A DNA stretch of 47,361 bases. Origin: Eubacteriales bacterium. Its GTDB lineage: Bacteria > Bacillota > Clostridia > Oscillospirales > CAG-272. The notes under the pieces are model-generated. The model did no database searches and was not told the origin of the DNA. It saw only the letters and a list, made by a program, of their open reading frames with translations. The DNA is taken from contig JAZUQN010000158.1 of the NCBI GenBank assembly GCA_045605745.1, positions 1-47,361 of the forward strand, read 5' to 3'. Below, one piece after another: positions 26,117 through 35,031 of this stretch. The position numbers and the translations under genes are program-made. Each line of letters opens with the position of its first letter. Positions within the stretch are counted from its first letter, which is position 1.

Positions 26117-27766
26117 TCAAAACACTAAATATTTACCGATTCTCTGGCTGATATCAACAGAAAACGTACCGCCAACAGAGAAGCTGTATGTATAATCCTT
26201 GCAGAATGAGGGAACAACCGAAAACAGCGGGTCAAAGGAAGATGTTTCGTATGTATACTGTTTTTCGTTTTCAGCCCCAAGCGTGGAAACATATCTGTCA
26301 TAAGCTCCCTTAATAACATTGCATATCTCAAAATCATCTGCCGCATTAATAAGACGGTGAGCTGCAAAGGAAAGGAAGTTGTCCGAATCAATGTTAACAG
26401 CTTTGTTAAAGGCAAGCTCTCTCTTGAGCGAATCAATCTTTCCAAGCATTTCTCTTGAATATGATATCTGAGGCTCAAAACAGGAGGGATTCTGCTCAAT
26501 ATATTCTATAACTTCCTTCCAAAATTCCTGTTTTTTTAGCTCTCCGTCATAATCAATATATCGCCTTATATATTCGGGCAGGTCCACTTCAACATTGTTA
26601 TCGGTCTTGATAAATTGCTGAATTGCGTAATACTTTGCTTCGATCGCCTTTGTGTGAGCTTCGATATAATTATTAAGAAGCATAAGAACTTCGCCATATA
26701 TATTGGGAGAATGATACTGCTTCGCCTTATCAAATATAGATCTCGCAGCCTCAACAACCATAAGCTCGGTGAATCTCTTGTGCATTCGGAGGTTCACCTT
26801 TAAGGTAAGCTCAACAACCTTGTCACCGCCAAATCCGTTTAAATCATAGCACTGATTGAAATAATTTTGCAGGCACATCTCTTCGCTGACCTTAACGGTT
26901 GTAACACGGGGGATCATTTTAACTGCGTGCTCAAGTCTGCGCATCAGCGCCGTATTATCTGTTACATTCACCTGTCTATAGAAAAACTCATCGCAGAACG
27001 CTGTAATATCGACCTTATTAAACGGAGCTGCATTGCAATACAGCTTATACACATAATATCGCAAAAAGTCCATTTTATCATCATTATATGATGCTGAGAG
27101 AGTTGACCAGAATATTTCCTCTCTTGCTTCCATCTCTTTTTTGCCCTCTTCGGGAAAAGCGAGAATATTAGCCTCAACCAAGCTGTTTGTGGCACTGAAA
27201 TTCATTTCTACGCTTTGTCCGATACGCTTTGAGTGGTTAAGAAGAAGAGCACCGCAAATGTTATCAATAATCTTCGATTCTTGATGTTTTCTTTTTGCAA
27301 AAGCATAAATACGTACCCTCTCGGAAAGTCCTTTGCCCTCAAGCGCTCTCATATAGGAGCCGGCTTTTTCCTTATCCTCAGGCATAGTAAGTGCAAGCAT
27401 CAGTCGGTCGCCATGCTCCATAAAGCCACCGCTTGATAGTGTCTTCACAGCCAGGGAAACCGCCTCGGATATATCATTATCCTCATAATCAAACACGAGA
27501 ACAAAGCAGGTACTTGTATGCTGACCAAAACGGTATGCCGGTCTTTGACGGAGATAGTCGCCAAGACCGCTGTCACCTGCTGCACTAAGCTCAAAATCAG
27601 CTTTATCAAATGCATTTTTGCTGATATAATGCTCAACGCTGCCCTGCAGCTGACCGCTATAATAAGCATCCTTTGCAAAATTCAAAAGAACTATATAATA
27701 ATTCTCATCAGCGTTAAAGCTGCCTGCCCCAACGCCAAAAACATTTCCATATAATTTACTAAACAT
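26117..27766 (-). CDS. hypothetical protein (549 aa); possible degenerate tubulin-like N-domain
   Basis: Clean ORF. The N-terminus NVFGVGAGS ... CFVLVFDYEDND has strand-loop spacing like the T1/T4 elements of the neighbouring tubulin-like protein but lacks the glycine signature. This is speculative. Confidence 0.65.
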   Translation of the reverse strand: MFSKLYGNVFGVGAGSFNADENYYIVLLNFAKDAYYSGQLQGSVEHYISKNAFDKADFELSAAGDSGLGDYLRQRPAYRFGQHTSTCFVLVFDYEDNDISEAVSLAVKTLSSGGFMEHGDRLMLALTMPEDKEKAGSYMRALEGKGLSERVRIYAFAKRKHQESKIIDNICGALLLNHSKRIGQSVEMNFSATNSLVEANILAFPEEGKKEMEAREEIFWSTLSASYNDDKMDFLRYYVYKLYCNAAPFNKVDITAFCDEFFYRQVNVTDNTALMRRLEHAVKMIPRVTTVKVSEEMCLQNYFNQCYDLNGFGGDKVVELTLKVNLRMHKRFTELMVVEAARSIFDKAKQYHSPNIYGEVLMLLNNYIEAHTKAIEAKYYAIQQFIKTDNNVEVDLPEYIRRYIDYDGELKKQEFWKEVIEYIEQNPSCFEPQISYSREMLGKIDSLKRELAFNKAVNIDSDNFLSFAAHRLINAADDFEICNVIKGAYDRYVSTLGAENEKQYTYETSSFDPLFSVVPSFCKDYTYSFSVGGTFSVDISQRIGKYLVF

Positions 27767-27821
27767 ATAAATACACCAAGCCTTTAGGCAAATTAAAAAT
27801 TCAGATAAAAATCAAGTGAGA

Positions 27822-28538
27822 TTAAATGATATTTACAAAATCCATAAGTGAGAAATTGCAGAAAAATCTGAATATATATGAATTTTCTGCAAGAGAAGAA
27901 AGAAGCGCATTATATTGTTCTATAAGTCCATATTCAACAACGACGCTAAGCGCAAGGCAGATGATCCATGTGTAAGCAAATGCACTGATAACTCCAAGAA
28001 CAAAGCCAAGAATACCATTTGCCTGTTTAAGCACAGGAAGCTTAACAAGTCCGCCCACAATTATCTTAACGATGATCATAGCAATGTAAGCGGCGACAAA
28101 TACAAGCACACATCCGATAGCAGAAGCAAGTGTCTCTGCAACCGGAAGAGCAATTTCATTTGCAAAATTTTCAAGGTCCGCCTCTGTAGCAACGGTCATT
28201 TTGCCAAAAACAGCTTTAAGAGCATCGATGTTTGCGCCTGTTCTGTCGAGAAGATCAACAAAGCCCTCCGGGAGCTTTTCAAACAGATCGCTTATGCTGA
28301 GAGCTCCGTCGCCTTCACCCATAAGCTTTTTTAGAAGTCCCTTTACAACCCCTGTTACGTGGCTCTGAAGAGGCTCACCAAGAAAAAGCCTGCCAACCTT
28401 TGGGCCAAACAAATATGCCGAAGCAAAGGTTACAACGGTTGTTAGAAGATTCAAAATTGTTTTGCATCCTCTTTTGGTGTTGACAAATATCACAAGCAGT
28501 ATAAATGCCACCAAAATAATATCAAGAATCCAGTTCAT
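27822..28538 (-). CDS. CvpA family membrane protein
   Basis: MNWILDIILVAFILLVIFVNTKRG is a typical CvpA N-terminus, and the protein has four or five TM helices. AAAGGAG RBS precedes the ATG at 28538, so the track start at 28628 is rejected. Confidence 0.7.
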   Translation of the reverse strand: MNWILDIILVAFILLVIFVNTKRGCKTILNLLTTVVTFASAYLFGPKVGRLFLGEPLQSHVTGVVKGLLKKLMGEGDGALSISDLFEKLPEGFVDLLDRTGANIDALKAVFGKMTVATEADLENFANEIALPVAETLASAIGCVLVFVAAYIAMIIVKIIVGGLVKLPVLKQANGILGFVLGVISAFAYTWIICLALSVVVEYGLIEQYNALLSSLAENSYIFRFFCNFSLMDFVNII

Positions 28539-28561
28539 GAGAAGCTCCTTTCGATTGTGTA

Positions 28562-28598
28562 TGTCAAAAAATCTATAAAATCGGCACAGAATGCCGAA
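28562..28598 (-). terminator. weak terminator-like hairpin upstream of the cvpA-like gene
   Basis: On the minus strand: TCGGCA-ttctg-TGCCGA followed by TTTTATAGATTTTTT. The stem is only 6 bp. Confidence 0.3.
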
Positions 28599-28697
28599 TT
28601 TTATCCTAATCAATATCAAATTTAACAAGGATTCGCGGCATGGCGCTTTTACAAAAGCACAATATCGCCAAGCCTTATTTTTCCTTAATTACGCTTA

Positions 28698-28728
28698 CTC
28701 CTACAGGCGCAAAATGCGCCTGTAGGAG
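28698..28728 (-). other. 14-bp GC-rich stem-loop just downstream of the tubulin-like gene
   Basis: CTCCTACAGGCGCA-aaa-TGCGCCTGTAGGAG with no U-tract on either strand. It could be an RNA processing or stability element, or a partial terminator. Confidence 0.5.
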
Positions 28729-28761
28729 ATGAACGTAATTATTGATCGGCAAAAATCAATA

Positions 28762-31700
28762 TTAGAATGCAAACAGCTTCATAATATCTGTAACTGCCTT
28801 GAGTATCTCGCCATAGAATTCCTTGCGAGCCTCTTCTTCCTTTGTAAGGATGTTACCGTTGAGGCGTCTTGTCTCAACAGCACCGATAATGGTGTCACAG
28901 CGATTCTTGATATTATCATAAGATGTCTTCAGAGTTTCGTAAGCAGCATCGTCGCCGTTTGCGATATTTCTCTGAATTGTCTTAACTCTCTCATCAAGCA
29001 GAGCCTTGTGCTCCTTATAGCTTTCAAGCTTAACCATAGCATCGCAAACAGCCATTTCCATATATTCAACCTGCCAAGCAATGCTGTTATTATCCTGAAC
29101 ATCAAACATAGAAACGATGTTATAAGGAGTATCGCCAAGCTTATATTTCCATGCGCCTCTCTCAGCAAATACAAGTCCGAAGAGCATATATTTTGCAAGA
29201 TCACGGCGTGTGGACATACCAACACGAATGTCATCAGCAGCCTTAACGGGCTTGAGGAAGTTTTCTTTATAATATTCAACCTCATCCTCGAGAGCACGGA
29301 GCAGCTTCATCTGGTTGCGGAGCAGGCAAACTGCTGTTTCCTCATCTGCAGCTGCATTACCAACCCTGCCAATGATATGACGCTCTTCGCATTCAAAGCT
29401 TGCCTTGATCTTAGCAAAGAGGTTCTTGTCGATCATAATATTGCCCTTTTCATCTGTGTTTGAAGGATCCTCGATATACTTCTTAACAAACACATCAATA
29501 GTTACAAGGCTGCGTCCGTCCGAAACATTGGGCTTGTTCTTAATAAGGTTAACTATCCAAGTTCCAACATCGCTCTGACTGATAATACCGTGTCTCTTTG
29601 CATACTTAACAACCGCTCTAACATTATCCATAAGCTTTGTTTCGGAAGCGTTTGAATATTCGATTGCCCCCTGTCTTGTGCGGAACCACTGACTGGGTAC
29701 CATAAGAGCAGGATAATCCTTCATAGCAGGCTTTGTTGCAGCGTGCTCGTTGATATGAACTCCGGGCATATCCAGCTTATTATACTGCTCCTCATATTCG
29801 ATAAGGTCTGCATGGATCCAGATAGGCATCTTAGCATAGAGAGTGTAGCTATAGATAGCGTTCTGGTCAGGACTCCAGTAAATATTCTTATTGTTGTCTG
29901 TCTTAACAAACAGATCGTTAAACTTAGTACCCCAGCCGGAAGCGTCTGCCTCGGCATTGAAGCCATCGGGAAGAACGAGATACTGATAGCAAAGAGGAGC
30001 AACGTGCTTAAACTCAAAGTGAGGAGTTTCCCAAACATTGCACATAGGAGCAGCGTTATAATTGATAACATTGATAAGTCTCTGAATAACTGTCTCCTTA
30101 TATGCATCGGTCTGACCTGCATAAGCCTCATCAAAATAGTCGATCATCTTTCTGTTGACCACATCAGAGAATGGCTCATAATTCTTTATGAACTTACGGA
30201 ATGCCTCAGCAGCCTTTGACATACCGGGAGGGCAATTGTCGGTGAGCTGCCATGCAGCACGGTTGTTGATTATCTCATATGTAAGAGCAGCAGCAAACTG
30301 TGCAGGTGCATTTTCGCCAAGTCTTCTCATCTTTGAGGAAACAGTGTTCATAACAGAGCTCTTGAGTGCATCAAACTCGGGATCTGTAAGACTAAAGATG
30401 CTTGTGGGATCCTTTTCTGCAGTCTCGCTGAGCTTAGCTGATGCAGTAACAGCATTTTCAGCGAGGATATCGTTGATCTTAGAGAAGATATCAACGCAGC
30501 CAAGATAATCACGGTCGAGGCTAAGCTTAACTCTATAAGCAACGCCGCGAGCCTTGTTAAGGTCAACATAGTATTCAGCGATAAGAGAATCGCAAAGTCT
30601 AATCTTAAATCTTGTTACAAATGTATCCTTGAGAAGCGACTTAAAGCTATCAAGATTGCTGTTAAATTTACCAAGCTTCTGCATAGTCTGAGCAAGCTCA
30701 AGTCTCTGGCGATCATGCTCTGCCAAGGTCTGCTCATATCTTGCCTTCAGCGCAACTGCAGCATCTGCATAGCCGATAAGCTTTTCATAGAAGCCCTGAA
30801 CATTTCCGCCGCTCTTAGAATTTGTTGTAAGAAGCTTTTCGAGATAGTATGGACCCTTCTGAGGATCTGCATAGATAAGACCTGCTCTTCTGTTTGCCTC
30901 TGCAACGATCTGCTCGATAGTGCTGTTGTCTTTATCAAAGGCTTCAATAGCCTTAGTAACCTCTGCCTCAAGGGGAACTGTGTGCTCATTTGTGAGAATA
31001 GAGCCCTTTGTCCATCTTGTGTCAGCATCGGAATGAATGTTGTCGATAACGGCAGCAAGTCTTCTTGCGCAAGTTTCGATAACATCGCTGGGCTTAATAA
31101 GACCACTTTCAAAAGCATCAACATCAGCCTGTGTCAGGCTCTGAACGTTAGCCTTCAGCAGTGCATTTGCCTTCTTGCCCATTTCGCCAACAAGCTGCTC
31201 GATAATAGCCTCTGTTGGGAACTTGATGGAGGAAGCACCGATAAGGTTATAGTGGTAGTTTCCGTATTCCGGGAAATGAACATCGGGATTCTTCATAACT
31301 GTGCTGAGAGCTGTTGCTGTGTTTACATGGAAGGAGCCGGCTGTAAAGAAGTCGGTGATAGAACCGCTCTTGTCGCCGTCGATCTTACCTTTAACACTTG
31401 TACACTGGTTAACAAGGTCCTCAACGCAAACGGAAATAGCCTTTTCTTGAGGATCTGTCATAACGATAGCACCTGCGATCTTACCGCCAACAAGTGTGCA
31501 CTGAGTGAAGATAGGATCCTGAGAAGAAAATTCGCCAACAGGTTCCGGATAGAGAGCATCAAATGTCTCGCCTGAGGTCTTGAGGTTCATGTAATAGTCA
31601 ATCTCCTTGAGTGCCGCATAACCGTTTCTGTAAGCAGCTTCCTTATTGGAGATTCCGCTATAGGAGTTAGGAAGATATACATGACCGAACAGACGGAGCT

Positions 31701-32334
31701 TATTTCCGGGGATACCCAGATCTCTGACAACTGCTCTAACGATATAAGGAACGTCGATAACAAGACCACTTCCGCTACCGCCGCCGATACCTGCAACAAC
31801 GTGTACATCGAGAGTTGTTGTGCTGAAGTCCTTAAGGTGGGAGATTGCGTTTCTTATAGAGTTATAGATGTCTCCGAAGAGGTTAAGATCCATAACTGTG
31901 AGACGGCCTGCAAGTCTAACCTGGTTCGCACCGATACCTGTAAGTGCCTGTGTAAAGCCCTCGGGAATAATAGAACCGATGGGCTTAGGACGAAATTCAT
32001 TCTTTGCAGCAAGAATGCTTCCAACAGCACTGTTATCGAGCAAAGGAATTTCGGTTGTTGTCAGAAGACCGGACTTGATAGCCTTTTCACGATCCTCCTT
32101 GTCGGTATCAAGAGAAAGTACGCTAAGAAAACCTGGGTCGATCTTACCGAGACGGTCATTAAGCTCTCTCTTAAGTCTGAGAGTTGTCTTAAGACCCATA
32201 CCTCCAAGACCGATTACGAGAATACGGGAAGTGTGGTTGCCTGTGAAACCGCCTTCCTTTTCGATGACGCCCATAGAATTAACGTCAAGTTCTTTGAGTT
32301 CATTAAGAGAACTCTCGCTAAAGTACATTGGCAT
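28762..32334 (-). CDS. giant tubulin/FtsZ-like GTPase domain protein (1190 aa)
   Basis: T1-like GLGGMG (32194-32211), T2-like LDTD (codons 75-78; compare FtsZ NTD), and T4 signature GIGGGSGSG (31765-31791; compare tubulin GGGTGSG and FtsZ GGGTGTG). These lie within a Rossmann-like strand pattern (RILVIGLGG.., DVHVVAGIGGG..). An ~850-aa helical extension follows. Confidence 0.8.
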   Translation of the reverse strand: MPMYFSESSLNELKELDVNSMGVIEKEGGFTGNHTSRILVIGLGGMGLKTTLRLKRELNDRLGKIDPGFLSVLSLDTDKEDREKAIKSGLLTTTEIPLLDNSAVGSILAAKNEFRPKPIGSIIPEGFTQALTGIGANQVRLAGRLTVMDLNLFGDIYNSIRNAISHLKDFSTTTLDVHVVAGIGGGSGSGLVIDVPYIVRAVVRDLGIPGNKLRLFGHVYLPNSYSGISNKEAAYRNGYAALKEIDYYMNLKTSGETFDALYPEPVGEFSSQDPIFTQCTLVGGKIAGAIVMTDPQEKAISVCVEDLVNQCTSVKGKIDGDKSGSITDFFTAGSFHVNTATALSTVMKNPDVHFPEYGNYHYNLIGASSIKFPTEAIIEQLVGEMGKKANALLKANVQSLTQADVDAFESGLIKPSDVIETCARRLAAVIDNIHSDADTRWTKGSILTNEHTVPLEAEVTKAIEAFDKDNSTIEQIVAEANRRAGLIYADPQKGPYYLEKLLTTNSKSGGNVQGFYEKLIGYADAAVALKARYEQTLAEHDRQRLELAQTMQKLGKFNSNLDSFKSLLKDTFVTRFKIRLCDSLIAEYYVDLNKARGVAYRVKLSLDRDYLGCVDIFSKINDILAENAVTASAKLSETAEKDPTSIFSLTDPEFDALKSSVMNTVSSKMRRLGENAPAQFAAALTYEIINNRAAWQLTDNCPPGMSKAAEAFRKFIKNYEPFSDVVNRKMIDYFDEAYAGQTDAYKETVIQRLINVINYNAAPMCNVWETPHFEFKHVAPLCYQYLVLPDGFNAEADASGWGTKFNDLFVKTDNNKNIYWSPDQNAIYSYTLYAKMPIWIHADLIEYEEQYNKLDMPGVHINEHAATKPAMKDYPALMVPSQWFRTRQGAIEYSNASETKLMDNVRAVVKYAKRHGIISQSDVGTWIVNLIKNKPNVSDGRSLVTIDVFVKKYIEDPSNTDEKGNIMIDKNLFAKIKASFECEERHIIGRVGNAAADEETAVCLLRNQMKLLRALEDEVEYYKENFLKPVKAADDIRVGMSTRRDLAKYMLFGLVFAERGAWKYKLGDTPYNIVSMFDVQDNNSIAWQVEYMEMAVCDAMVKLESYKEHKALLDERVKTIQRNIANGDDAAYETLKTSYDNIKNRCDTIIGAVETRRLNGNILTKEEEARKEFYGEILKAVTDIMKLFAF

Positions 32335-32362
32335 AGCTTATTACCTCCGAAGTATATTTAAA

Positions 32363-34915
32363 TTAAAAATAGCTTTCTGTTTGCTGGAATGCGTGGCTGT
32401 TTCCGAATGTGAGAGTGTAGTTTCCATCAAAGGTTCTCACAGAGACATTGCCGGATTTAAAGATATGAACGCGGGGAGCCTTCTTTTTATTGGTGGGATC
32501 CTTTGAAATGATCTTAAATGACTTTTTAAAAGGAATACCTGTTAAGGTTATGTTATCTGCATAGCTTTCGATAAAGGTTCTCAGGTCATTTTCATTCATA
32601 GTTCCGTATTGAGGATTACTGTAACCGGGAGTTGTGAGTATTTGTCTCATAGACATAACAGGCTTTGAGTTTTTCTTGCCGGAAAGTCTTGGAATAGCAT
32701 ATACAACCTCGGTTGTCTGATATGATTCACCGTCAACTTTTTCAAGCTTGATCTTAAAGGCCATGGAAATGATCTTTTTGTGGTTGACGAAGAGAAATGC
32801 GAGAACCGCAAGGACTGCAAGAACCAAAACCACAACGATTATTGTAACCAGCACCGGAACAAGAGACTTAACCGACACCTTAATTGTATAAACATACTCT
32901 GCGCCGTCACCATCGGTCACAATAAGGGAAATAATACTTGAACCGAAATCACCGGACTTGATTGTAAGCTTTTCACCTGTAATGCTTGCAGTGATAGCAG
33001 AATCGCCCTCAAGCTTAACATTATAGCTAAGCGGATCTCCGTCAGAATCGCTGAATATACCTGCAAAATCGATTATCTCTTCAAAGCTGCCGGAGAACGC
33101 ACTCTTCTCTATCTTATTCTTGAGAGTTCCGTTCATGCGAATCTGAGAAGCGATAAAGTCTATCTCAACGGCCTCAGACTCAACAGCGACAACATCAAGA
33201 TGACCAACCTTAGCCTTAAAGGTATACTTACCTACCGAAGCAGGAATATATGACTGAACATACTCTCCGCCCTCAAACCGAGCCATATCGATATCGATCT
33301 TTTCAACCTCTGCGCCGTCCTTTGAAACGACAAGTGTCAGATTCTGAGAGGTGATATAGGCCGGGATCGAAGCAGAAGCCGAGCCTGTCACAGGGTCAAC
33401 GAATTTGAGAGAAACATCAGGGTCACCCTCAACATCGGGGTCGTTCACAGCAGAAACAACAAGCTTAGGTCCAACAACATTAATGTTGGCCTCACTCACT
33501 ATCTCATACTGAGAATGCTTTAAAAGTGTCTTTATAACATATTCACCGGGAGCAGCAAAATCCAGCTCGTAAACATATCCGTTTCCGTTTTTATTGAGAG
33601 TTCCGTTAACGGTTTTCTCATTGCCGCCGCCAACCAAGTGATAAATAACACTTGAAGAAGCACCCTCGTCAGGAGAATAAAGACCAACAGAATCAAGATG
33701 GATATTGTTTTCGGAATTATAAAGTGTGGCTTCAAAGCCAAACTTGTTGCCCACATATACATCATCTGCAGGAATGTTATCACGAACAGCAAGGCCGAAA
33801 AGGAATATCTTTCTTTCGATAACAGTGCTTTGCTCACCTGTTACAAGCACCTTCCAATCTCCGCCCTCGGGAGCAAGGAGCTTAACGGTTGCAGAATGTG
33901 CCATGCCTGTATAGTTTACAATGCAAAGATCCTTTTCGATTTTGTTCTTTGTAGGATTCTCAATGTCAATATCAGCAACAACATTTCCTGCAGGGTTCAA
34001 AACCTTTATGGTCTTGAGACGAGCACCGCTGGAAAGACTGATATTAGCTTCTTTAACTGCATTTGCGTAAATATTTATAACACGCTCTGATACCTCGCTT
34101 GGAGAAACAGCAAAGGATTCCTTATCCTCATCCAGCTTGGTATTCTCAAAGAGGTATGTATATATCTCCGAAAAAGCATCCGAGATCTGATTTGCATTTT
34201 CGATTATCTTTATGTTATTAGTCTTATCAACGCTGTCAACGCCGTGAAGCTTTGCAAGAAAGCTCTTGTCAATATTTCCCTTTCCTCCTGCATCAAGACC
34301 GATAGAATAAAGCTGAACTCCGGCATCCTTAAGCTTTGTGGCACTTGCAAAGGCTTTGTTTTCAGAAGCTTTCTCGGCAGCAGCACCTTCCTTAAGGTCT
34401 ATCTTTCCGTCCGTAAAGAGGATAACCGCCTTCTTCTCGCAATTTGAAGAAGAGAGAATTGCATTGGCTGCGCTGTCAAGAGCAAGACCGATATCGGTAT
34501 AGGAAACATAATTCCAGCAAGCAATTCCGGGAACAAGGTCTTGGCCTGCAGCATTATCCTTGTCATTTTTATCAAGGAGAATATCCTGCATATACTGCAT
34601 ATATTCGCCAAGGCCGCTCTCCTCGGAGACATTCACCTTATCAAGAACGGTGCATATCTCGTGATGATAGGGGATGATCTTTACATACATATTCGTCTGA
34701 GGGGAGCAGTTGAAAACAAACTGCTGCGCCGCCTCAACAGAAAGACGGCCTCCCGATTCTGTTAGAGGATCCGAATATCTTGCCATCGATCCGCTGACGT
34801 CGAAAAGCAAAACCACCTCAACATCATCAGAAGCTTCTGCCGCAATAGGAAGTGCCATACACACAAGCACTGCCGCAAACAGGATTAAACAGGCGATTTT
34901 TCTAAAGTGATTCAT
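32363..34915 (-). CDS. secreted vWA (MIDAS) domain protein with Ig-like repeats, one TM helix and a 140-aa cytoplasmic tail
   Basis: Signal peptide MNHFRKIACLILFAAVLVCMALPIAAEA. MIDAS DVSGS (34787-34801) and ILFTDGK. A long beta-rich region is followed by the TM helix LVPVLVTIIVVVLVLAVLAVLAFLFV (about 32786-32863) and the tail (32366-32785). Confidence 0.8.
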   Translation of the reverse strand: MNHFRKIACLILFAAVLVCMALPIAAEASDDVEVVLLFDVSGSMARYSDPLTESGGRLSVEAAQQFVFNCSPQTNMYVKIIPYHHEICTVLDKVNVSEESGLGEYMQYMQDILLDKNDKDNAAGQDLVPGIACWNYVSYTDIGLALDSAANAILSSSNCEKKAVILFTDGKIDLKEGAAAEKASENKAFASATKLKDAGVQLYSIGLDAGGKGNIDKSFLAKLHGVDSVDKTNNIKIIENANQISDAFSEIYTYLFENTKLDEDKESFAVSPSEVSERVINIYANAVKEANISLSSGARLKTIKVLNPAGNVVADIDIENPTKNKIEKDLCIVNYTGMAHSATVKLLAPEGGDWKVLVTGEQSTVIERKIFLFGLAVRDNIPADDVYVGNKFGFEATLYNSENNIHLDSVGLYSPDEGASSSVIYHLVGGGNEKTVNGTLNKNGNGYVYELDFAAPGEYVIKTLLKHSQYEIVSEANINVVGPKLVVSAVNDPDVEGDPDVSLKFVDPVTGSASASIPAYITSQNLTLVVSKDGAEVEKIDIDMARFEGGEYVQSYIPASVGKYTFKAKVGHLDVVAVESEAVEIDFIASQIRMNGTLKNKIEKSAFSGSFEEIIDFAGIFSDSDGDPLSYNVKLEGDSAITASITGEKLTIKSGDFGSSIISLIVTDGDGAEYVYTIKVSVKSLVPVLVTIIVVVLVLAVLAVLAFLFVNHKKIISMAFKIKLEKVDGESYQTTEVVYAIPRLSGKKNSKPVMSMRQILTTPGYSNPQYGTMNENDLRTFIESYADNITLTGIPFKKSFKIISKDPTNKKKAPRVHIFKSGNVSVRTFDGNYTLTFGNSHAFQQTESYF

Positions 34916-34977
34916 TAAACTGATTCCTTTCGTTTGTTTGAGCTAAAATTTGATATGCTGAAAATGGTATAAAATCC

Positions 34978-35005
34978 GCTCGTTTTTGAAAATTTAAAAA
35001 CGAGC
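34978..35005 (-). promoter_or_regulatory. terminator-like hairpin inside the 5' leader of the cluster
   Basis: On the minus strand: GCTCGTTTTT-aaattttc-AAAAACGAGC followed by GGATTTTAT. It lies between the promoter and the vWA start codon. Confidence 0.4.
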
Positions 35006-35031
35006 AAGGTTTCATACAATTATTATTCAAT

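Noticed and set aside
28563-28568. A TTGACA hexamer (minus strand) just upstream of the cvpA-like gene, as a possible internal promoter.
   Set aside because: No -10-like element follows at 16-19 nt. The hexamer lies only about 25 nt from the start codon, inside the U-tract of the weak hairpin.
28729-32506. Several long plus-strand ORFs (28729-29463, 30715-31575, 31681-32361, 31868-32506) antisense to the tubulin-like and vWA genes.
   Set aside because: They lie entirely within much longer minus-strand ORFs that carry clear motifs. Their translations are Cys/Ser/Leu-rich low-complexity sequence with no RBS context. They are typical shadow ORFs produced by the codon bias of the real genes.
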